The translations under genes and the position numbers were made by a program. The notes under the pieces were generated by a model. That model made no database searches, was not told the origin of the DNA, and worked only from the letters and a program-made list of their open reading frames with translations. Positions 57,846 to 64,000 of a DNA stretch of 64,000 nucleotides are shown piece after piece; position 1 is the stretch's first letter, and each line of letters begins with the position of its first letter. This stretch comes from Armatimonadota bacterium. Lineage in GTDB: Bacteria > Armatimonadota > UBA5829 > DSUL01. Where the stretch lies: positions 448,001 through 512,000 of the forward strand of contig JBDHZC010000002.1 in assembly GCA_039811685.1 (NCBI GenBank), in the 5' to 3' direction.

Positions 57846-58388
57846 CTACTTGCCCACTCCAATCAGGTGTTGGGCTTCCGGCCGGGCCGGTTCATCGCGG
57901 TCTCGAACAGCGAAAGACAGCTTGCCTTCGGCAACGATATTGCCATCTACGTAAGCGATCGCGCTTACACGGCCAACTTTGCCTCGCGCCCAGTCCACCT
58001 GAACTTCAATGATTAGAGAGTCTCCCGGGAGAACGGGTTTCTTGAATTTCACGTCGTCAATAGCCGCAAAATACGCCAGCTTCCCGCGCCGCTCCGGAGT
58101 CGCCAGCAACAAGACCGCTCCCACCTGCGCCATAGCCTCTATAATCAGGACACCCGGCATAATCGCATGGCCTGGAAAATGGCCCTGGAAAAACTCTTCG
58201 TTGATAGTGACGTTCTTGAGTCCGCGCGCGCGCACGCCCGGCTCCATATCCAGGATCCTGTCCACCAGCAGAAACGGGTACCTGTGCGGCAGGATGCTCC
58301 GTATCTGTTCTATGTCAAGCATCTCATAAACATCCCGCAGAGACTCCAGTTCGGCTCCCTGCTCATGATCCTCTGACAAGGAACTCAT
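57846..58388 (-). CDS. fabZ: 3-hydroxyacyl-ACP dehydratase
   Basis: [35 protein letters not shown]. Confidence 0.97.
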   Translation of the reverse strand: MSSLSEDHEQGAELESLRDVYEMLDIEQIRSILPHRYPFLLVDRILDMEPGVRARGLKNVTINEEFFQGHFPGHAIMPGVLIIEAMAQVGAVLLLATPERRGKLAYFAAIDDVKFKKPVLPGDSLIIEVQVDWARGKVGRVSAIAYVDGNIVAEGKLSFAVRDRDEPARPEAQHLIGVGK

Positions 58389-58392
58389 TGCG

Positions 58393-59214
58393 CTACTCCT
58401 TCCTTATCCGCCGCGCCATCTCGACATTTGCCCAGTGCCCGGTTGCGACTCCAAACAGGGTGCCAGAAATCGCTCCGCCCGTCAATGCCAGATCGCCCAG
58501 CATATCTAACAATTTGTGTCGAACAAACTCATCCGGATATCGCAACTCCGGGCGCACCTCGTGGTCATAGACTATCAGCGCATTGTCTTCACTTGCGCCA
58601 AGAGCCAACCCATGGCTGCGCAACTCTTCCGCCTCCGACCATAATCCAAACGTACGCGCAGGCGCTATCTCCGCTCTGAACTCAGCAGTATCTCCACAGA
58701 AGTGACCGTAGCTCATTCCAATCAGAGGGTGGTCATAGCGCAGAAGATAACCCAGTTCAAACTCACTTCCAGCCGATCCTACCAGCACAGACTGTCCACG
58801 CGACACGCAGTCTATGTCCTCAATAGAATACACCGTCCGCTCAGCCCCCTGATCAACCGCGCCTTTCTCCAGGAACCGCTCCACGTACTCATTTGCGCTT
58901 CCGTCCAGCGCCGGAAGTTCAGGACCTTCGATTTCGCACTCCGCGTTGTCTATCCCCGAGCCGGCCAGAGCAGAGAGGAGATGCTCTACACATACTACTC
59001 GCGCTCCGTTGACCCCCAGCGTAGTGCCACGGCTGGTGTCCACCACATTGGCAGGGCAAGCCCGGATAGCCACAGTGCCCTGCCGGAAAACAATGCCGGT
59101 TCCACTCTCTGCCGGCATCACCCTCACTGAACACCCCGCGCCCGTGTGGATGCCGATGCCCTCAAAGCGGGTCTCCGCAGCCAGAGTCTTCTGCTCTCCG
59201 GGCTGAAAAATCAC
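58393..59214 (-). CDS. lpxC: UDP-3-O-acyl-GlcNAc deacetylase
   Basis: [38 protein letters not shown]. Confidence 0.96.
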   Translation of the reverse strand: MIFQPGEQKTLAAETRFEGIGIHTGAGCSVRVMPAESGTGIVFRQGTVAIRACPANVVDTSRGTTLGVNGARVVCVEHLLSALAGSGIDNAECEIEGPELPALDGSANEYVERFLEKGAVDQGAERTVYSIEDIDCVSRGQSVLVGSAGSEFELGYLLRYDHPLIGMSYGHFCGDTAEFRAEIAPARTFGLWSEAEELRSHGLALGASEDNALIVYDHEVRPELRYPDEFVRHKLLDMLGDLALTGGAISGTLFGVATGHWANVEMARRIRKE

Positions 59215-60287
59215 TCAGCAACTCTCTCTTCGCTGTAGCAGCTCGCTTCTCCGATTGCGAGCTGCGCCTGAAGCTCATTCACGCGGGATTCCAGCGCCTG
59301 CACCTGTTTGATGAGCTTTGGCAGATTGGGAAGACTGGCCCAGATGCGCATCTGGTCGCCGTAAGAGCGCGCAGGAAAGCCCGCGATCCTGGAACCTTTG
59401 GAGACATCTGCGATAATCCCGGCCCTTGCCGCTACCTGTGCGCCGTCACCGATGGTCACATGGTCCTTGACTCCAGCCTGCCCGGCCAGAATGACATTGT
59501 CTCCAACGACGACGCTGCCAGAAATACCTACCTGAGCGACAATGATGCAGTTGCGGCCAACCTTGACATTGTGAGCCACATGCACCAGATTGTCTATCTT
59601 CGTGCCTTCCCCGATCTCTGTGGAACCCGTGCGCGAGCGGTCAATGGTCACATTGGCGCCAATCTCAACGTCATCGTGAATCAGCACACTGCCAATATGC
59701 GGAATCTTCTGATGCGTCCCCTCCACCTGATTGAAGCCAAAGCCGTCCGCCCCAATCACAGCCCCGGAATGGATAATAACCCTGCTGCCAATGCGGCAGG
59801 TGGGGTAGATGGTCACGTGCGGGTTGATGACGGTGTTTTCGCCAATGCGCACCCCGTCTCCGATGTAGCAGAACGGTAAAATCACAACACCGGCGCCAAT
59901 CTGGACATCCGCGCCAACAAACGTGTTGTAGCCAATGCTGACGTTCTCTCCAAGTTGCGCTGACTCATGCACTCGCGCCGTGGGATCGACTCCCGGCTCG
60001 CCAGTAATCTTTGGCGCGAACCATTCCAGTACGGCTGCAAACGCAGTGCGAGGATCGCTGACGACAACGGCCGGCTTGGCGCCAGATTCAGGCTCGTGGC
60101 GCGTCAATACCGCCGCTGCCGCCGAACTCTCCGCCTCGTGAACGTGACGGCGCGACTCCGCAAAGACCAGATCGCCAGGGCCCGCCTCAGCAATCGAGGA
60201 GACGCCGGACACTGTTGTCTGCGGGTCACCGAAGAGCTGCCCGGACACCAGATCAGCGATTTGTTGGAGACTCACGGTCATTGTCAT
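59211..60287 (-). CDS. lpxD: UDP-3-O-(3-hydroxyacyl)glucosamine N-acyltransferase
   Basis: Hexapeptide repeats, GADGFG, KIPHIG, VEIGAN, KIDNLVHVAHN. Confidence 0.96.
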   Translation of the reverse strand: MTMTVSLQQIADLVSGQLFGDPQTTVSGVSSIAEAGPGDLVFAESRRHVHEAESSAAAAVLTRHEPESGAKPAVVVSDPRTAFAAVLEWFAPKITGEPGVDPTARVHESAQLGENVSIGYNTFVGADVQIGAGVVILPFCYIGDGVRIGENTVINPHVTIYPTCRIGSRVIIHSGAVIGADGFGFNQVEGTHQKIPHIGSVLIHDDVEIGANVTIDRSRTGSTEIGEGTKIDNLVHVAHNVKVGRNCIIVAQVGISGSVVVGDNVILAGQAGVKDHVTIGDGAQVAARAGIIADVSKGSRIAGFPARSYGDQMRIWASLPNLPKLIKQVQALESRVNELQAQLAIGEASCYSEERVAE

Positions 60288-60338
60288 ATACGTGCTGTCA
60301 AAGGCGCGGTGAGTTGCGAGACTACTATCATACCTCTA

Positions 60339-61415
60339 TTAGCGACCGGACACCAGGTGAGAGGCGCGATTGGTCACGGCTTTTTTCGTCGCGCCGCCGC
60401 GCCGCAGAGGAGCCGAAGCTTCAACAACTGACTCCGAGATGCGGGCATCCTCTACGATTTTCGCGCGCAGCTTCTGTGCGGAGCTCTGAAAATCTCTGAC
60501 CAAGACAGAGGAATTGGAAGCAACGCTACCTCGAACACTCGGCGGTATAGATAACTTACCTGCAGATTGTGTGACGTCTGTATGGCGTCGGCCTAATGCG
60601 CTCACGAAGGAGTTTACCGAATTCAGCGTCGCTTCTGCTCGCTGGGATGCCAGTTGCTCGGCCCGCTCGCGAGCCTGCGCCATCTCCCGCTTCTCAAGCG
60701 CAGCTATCTCAGCTTCAAAATCCTCTTCCACCTGCTTGAGATCGAGCTGATGCTGGCGGCGGATACCGCCGACATTTTGCGCTACGGTCTTTGCAATCGC
60801 CTCGACGCGCGCCTGCTTGTCGTCCAACTTCTGCTGAAGACCGGCGGCGTCCCCTCCGGGAAGCGCCCGAATTTGCGAACGCAGAATGGAAATCTCAAAG
60901 AGCAGTTTGCGCTTCTCATCGGCGCTGGCAAGCTGCGCATTGACGATCTTCTTCGCAAAGTCCTGGTTGATCTGTTGACGGCGCTGGTCTATCTCTGGCG
61001 CCAGCTTCTCCCTCGCCTGTCTGACGGCCACCTGAGCAGAGCGCTCTTCGCGCTCGCGGAGGCTGGCGGCGTAACGCGAGTTCACCAGCGCGAGGCGTCC
61101 TTTTAACCCTCGCTCTATCCGTCCAATTTCAGACTCACTCAGCGGTTGAGCCTCAGAGAGATCAAGCAACGGGACTTGGCCCGGCACTGGCAGGCGCGTC
61201 TGGAGCGAAAGAGCCTGCGGATTGCGAAGCATCGGAAGCTCCCCGGCAAACAGATGCGCCTTTGCAACCTCGGAAAGATCAATTGAAGGGAGAATGGCGG
61301 ATGGAGTTGTCTGCTTCGGCGCACGCGCACAGCCCTGGCCGAGACCACAGACGACTACACCCGCGACTGCCACCCAGAATGTCCTCAGCAATGTATTCCG
61401 GTACAGATGAATCAT
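60339..61415 (-). CDS. Coiled-coil putative lipoprotein (possible OmpH/Skp-like)
   Basis: Lipobox-like GQGC, long helical A/E/Q/K/R-rich region; lies between skp and lpxD. Confidence 0.6.
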   Translation of the reverse strand: MIHLYRNTLLRTFWVAVAGVVVCGLGQGCARAPKQTTPSAILPSIDLSEVAKAHLFAGELPMLRNPQALSLQTRLPVPGQVPLLDLSEAQPLSESEIGRIERGLKGRLALVNSRYAASLREREERSAQVAVRQAREKLAPEIDQRRQQINQDFAKKIVNAQLASADEKRKLLFEISILRSQIRALPGGDAAGLQQKLDDKQARVEAIAKTVAQNVGGIRRQHQLDLKQVEEDFEAEIAALEKREMAQARERAEQLASQRAEATLNSVNSFVSALGRRHTDVTQSAGKLSIPPSVRGSVASNSSVLVRDFQSSAQKLRAKIVEDARISESVVEASAPLRRGGATKKAVTNRASHLVSGR

Positions 61416-61527
61416 AGAGTCCGGTTAGCCTGAAAACCTGTCAGCCAGCAAGCGCATTAGCGGCGCTTTACACGCTGGAAGCGTCTGCGGGTGAGTGTCT
61501 CTGGTCTTAGCAAGCCGGAGCAAGCGC

Positions 61528-62175
61528 TCAGGGAGTGTTCAGCGCCTTGACCACCTCGTCCGTGATGTCCACACCACCGTAGAGCACGGCGATTTTGTCC
61601 ACAACTGTCGCTATCCCCTTGGCCTGCGCCACCTTGGCAATCGCCTTCTTCATGTCCTCAGTGATTTTGTTGGACAACTCGTCTTTGCGCTTGTCCACCT
61701 GATTGGAGTAGTCTTCCGCGAGTGAGCGCAGAGCCGCGTCATTCTTGTTGCTCAGATCGCGCAGCTCCCGCAGCCTCGCCGTCTGCTGCTCCGTCGGAGA
61801 AGTTGTGTTGCTGATCGCGCTGATCTCTTCATCACGCTTCTTCTGCTCTTTCTCGAGCGCGTCAATGCGCGCCTGATCCGCATCAGTCAGCTTGTCCTTC
61901 TTCTTCAACGTAATCAACTCGCCAAGCTCCGCGTCGTTCAGCAGCTTGTTCTTCGAGCGCACATCCAGCTCTGTGCGAAAACCCGCGACCAGCCCATCTA
62001 CCTCAGTGTTAGATTTTTGGGTTTCCTTGTATTCATCAAACGCCTTCTTGACGTCCACAACGCCAATGGTCGGCTGCGGCGCTGTCTGTGCCAGGACGAC
62101 GGCCCCGGGCGCCATCGAGACGGCAAACACGCCCGCAAGCGCCGAAAGAGTGAGATATTTTCTGATCCTGTTCAA
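61528..62175 (-). CDS. skp: OmpH/Skp periplasmic chaperone
   Basis: Signal peptide; IGVVD, AIAKVA, VLYGGVDITDEV; TTG 62175 after GGAG. Confidence 0.88.
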   Translation of the reverse strand: MNRIRKYLTLSALAGVFAVSMAPGAVVLAQTAPQPTIGVVDVKKAFDEYKETQKSNTEVDGLVAGFRTELDVRSKNKLLNDAELGELITLKKKDKLTDADQARIDALEKEQKKRDEEISAISNTTSPTEQQTARLRELRDLSNKNDAALRSLAEDYSNQVDKRKDELSNKITEDMKKAIAKVAQAKGIATVVDKIAVLYGGVDITDEVVKALNTP

Positions 62176-62253
62176 ATGATGTCTCCAAGTAGCGTTTCGG
62201 GAGACAGTCAAACCGACTCCCACAATATCCACCACACGATCAGCCCGGCTTGC

Positions 62254-64000
62254 TTAGAAAGCCTGGCCTATGCTGAAATGCGTCCTCGAACCCTCATCTC
62301 CAAAACCGTAGTCAAAACGCAGGTTTCCAATAGGAGTGGACACGCGAACACCGGCGCCCACGCCCAGGTGCCCCTGAAATCCGTTGCTCTGGGTGAACTC
62401 ATTCGTGTTGGTAATCGCGTTCTGATAGTTGCCGCCCCAGGCATCGCCATAATCGGCGAACAATACCCCCGAGAGCCCACCGCTCAACGGTACACGGTAT
62501 TCGACACTCGTTAACAACATTTTGTCTCCCCAGAACCTGTCTTCCCTGTAGCCGCGCAGCCTCTCCGCGCCACCCACAAAGAACTGCTCCGCAAAAGGCA
62601 CCGCGCCGTTGGTGATGCCAAGCTGCAACCGGACCGCGAACGTGCGCCTCTTGTCCTTGATCGTCTGCTTCGCGCCGCCCGCGCTGAAGTATCTGCGCAG
62701 ATCCGCATCAATCTTTGTAAAGCCACCGCTGCGCTTTGTATGGGTCTTGCGGTTGTCGATGTCGGCGATCCCCGGTTCCAGAGTCAGCGTGTAGTAGCTT
62801 CCAGCAGCCGGATCCAGCGCGAAATCCCGTGAGTCTATCGCTCCTTTCAAAGCCACACTCGTCAGGCGATAGTCTTCGTTAATGTTGAAGATTGGCAGTG
62901 TGAGGTCGGCCCCCGGCTTGACATAGGTATTTACGGACTCCGTGCGAAGCGTCGCAAACCCGCGCACTTTCTGTCCAAAAGGCTTTGACAAACCTGCGGA
63001 AGCGCCCTTGCGCCGCTCCCGGTAGTCAGCCTCGTTTCCGAGATAGCTCCCTGACCCGACGAAACTGGAGGAGAAGCGGTATATCTCCTTGTTGAAGTAC
63101 CGCAGCGAGAGACTGGTGCCATCCTGGCGGAGGAAGGGATTGTAGAAGCCCATCTCATAGCTCGGCCCGGTCCCTGTTCCGCTCACTTCATACAGCGCAT
63201 TCAGCCCCAGTCCCTTCCCCTGGAAGTTGGTCTCTGACAGCTCAACTCGCCCGACCACTTTCTGAAGCGAACTGTAACCAAGCCCCACGCTCACCTGTCC
63301 GGTTTTCTTCTCCTTGACAGGGATAGTGATGTCAACCGTGCCCTCGTTCTCACCCATCTTGATGACAGGCTTCTGGAACTCCTGAGTGTCCAGCATGTCG
63401 GATTCGTAAACGCGCGTGATATCTTTGTTGAGAAGTTGCGCGTTGTAAATGTCTCCGGGTTTGGTCTTCATCAGGCGCTTAAGGACCCAGGGCTTGGTCT
63501 TTTTCAGACCCTCAAAGTTGATAGAAGACACCCTGAACTCCAGAATAGGCAGGGTAAGCACGCCTGTCTCCGGATTCATCTCGGCGGCATCGGTGATGTA
63601 GGCCACTGCACCCTTCTTGGCGTAGAGGTCTTCCACAGATCTGGCGTCCTGGTCAAAGGTGTTGAAGTTGTAGACTTCTCCTTCTTTCAGGCGCATCGCC
63701 TCGAGCAGCTCCTGGCGAGTGACAACCGTGTTTCCGGAAAACTCAATCTTGGTGATTTTCGGGTTCTCAACCACCTCGAAGATGACCTTAGCTCCGCCAG
63801 GTGCGTCCTCTTCCCGCGCAGAAACCGCTGAAAAATAGCCCAGTTTCTCGATGGCCGCCCGGTCAGCCTGCATCTTCGCCTGGTCAAAGGGCGTGCCCGG
63901 CTTCTCCTGCACTACGCTCATGATCGCTTCGCGCCCGATATTCTTGTTGCCGATGATCTCAATTTCCGTGATGACCTTCGACTCCTGAGCGCAGAGACCG
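62254..64000 (-). CDS. bamA: Omp85/BamA outer-membrane assembly factor (5' end outside the window)
   Basis: POTRA repeats, VKEKKTG, ETNFQGKG, GGAERLRGY, PIGNLRFDYG, C-terminal F; frame appears open to the window edge. Confidence 0.9.
   Translation of the reverse strand, partial: GLCAQESKVITEIEIIGNKNIGREAIMSVVQEKPGTPFDQAKMQADRAAIEKLGYFSAVSAREEDAPGGAKVIFEVVENPKITKIEFSGNTVVTRQELLEAMRLKEGEVYNFNTFDQDARSVEDLYAKKGAVAYITDAAEMNPETGVLTLPILEFRVSSINFEGLKKTKPWVLKRLMKTKPGDIYNAQLLNKDITRVYESDMLDTQEFQKPVIKMGENEGTVDITIPVKEKKTGQVSVGLGYSSLQKVVGRVELSETNFQGKGLGLNALYEVSGTGTGPSYEMGFYNPFLRQDGTSLSLRYFNKEIYRFSSSFVGSGSYLGNEADYRERRKGASAGLSKPFGQKVRGFATLRTESVNTYVKPGADLTLPIFNINEDYRLTSVALKGAIDSRDFALDPAAGSYYTLTLEPGIADIDNRKTHTKRSGGFTKIDADLRRYFSAGGAKQTIKDKRRTFAVRLQLGITNGAVPFAEQFFVGGAERLRGYREDRFWGDKMLLTSVEYRVPLSGGLSGVLFADYGDAWGGNYQNAITNTNEFTQSNGFQGHLGVGAGVRVSTPIGNLRFDYGFGDEGSRTHFSIGQAF

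Noticed and set aside
1..64000. CRISPR arrays, transposases, integrases, prophage or defence genes
   Set aside because: No regularly spaced repeats or corresponding protein motifs seen by eye

Overview
Chromosomal core/metabolic window (GC-rich) from a diderm bacterium. The lineage is most consistent with Armatimonadota; this is an inference from the secreted-protein domain style and an LPS cluster in a Terrabacteria-like gene order. About 50 CDS: Tat-exported sugar oxidoreductase/isomerase, S8 protease, tandem S41 proteases, PrsA, sigma-28 plus a SwrB-like gene, several glycoside hydrolases and a sulfatase, valS, clpS, rplY, ppa, lemA, clcA, sodC, a GT39-nucleotidyltransferase-galK operon, hsp20, an Fe-S protein, and a long minus-strand outer-membrane/lipid A cluster (bamA-skp-hyp-lpxD-lpxC-fabZ-lpxA-lpxB-msbA-waaA-lpxK-lpxL-GT9-GT9). 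No CRISPR array, rRNA, tRNA or mobile element was seen. The most notable unexplained signals are: (1) a ~570-nt highly structured, promoter- and terminator-bounded candidate large ncRNA at 38227-38800; (2) a ~70-nt candidate sRNA with an ECF-type promoter and an anti-Shine-Dalgarno sequence at 29165-29233; (3) an active plus catalytically dead CtpA pair; (4) a ~200-aa module shared by two unrelated secreted proteins; (5) lpxB lacking a canonical start codon, and a lipid A cluster lacking LpxH/I/G; (6) a zinc-ribbon insertion in ValRS. All structure calls were made by eye; no folding or database search was run.
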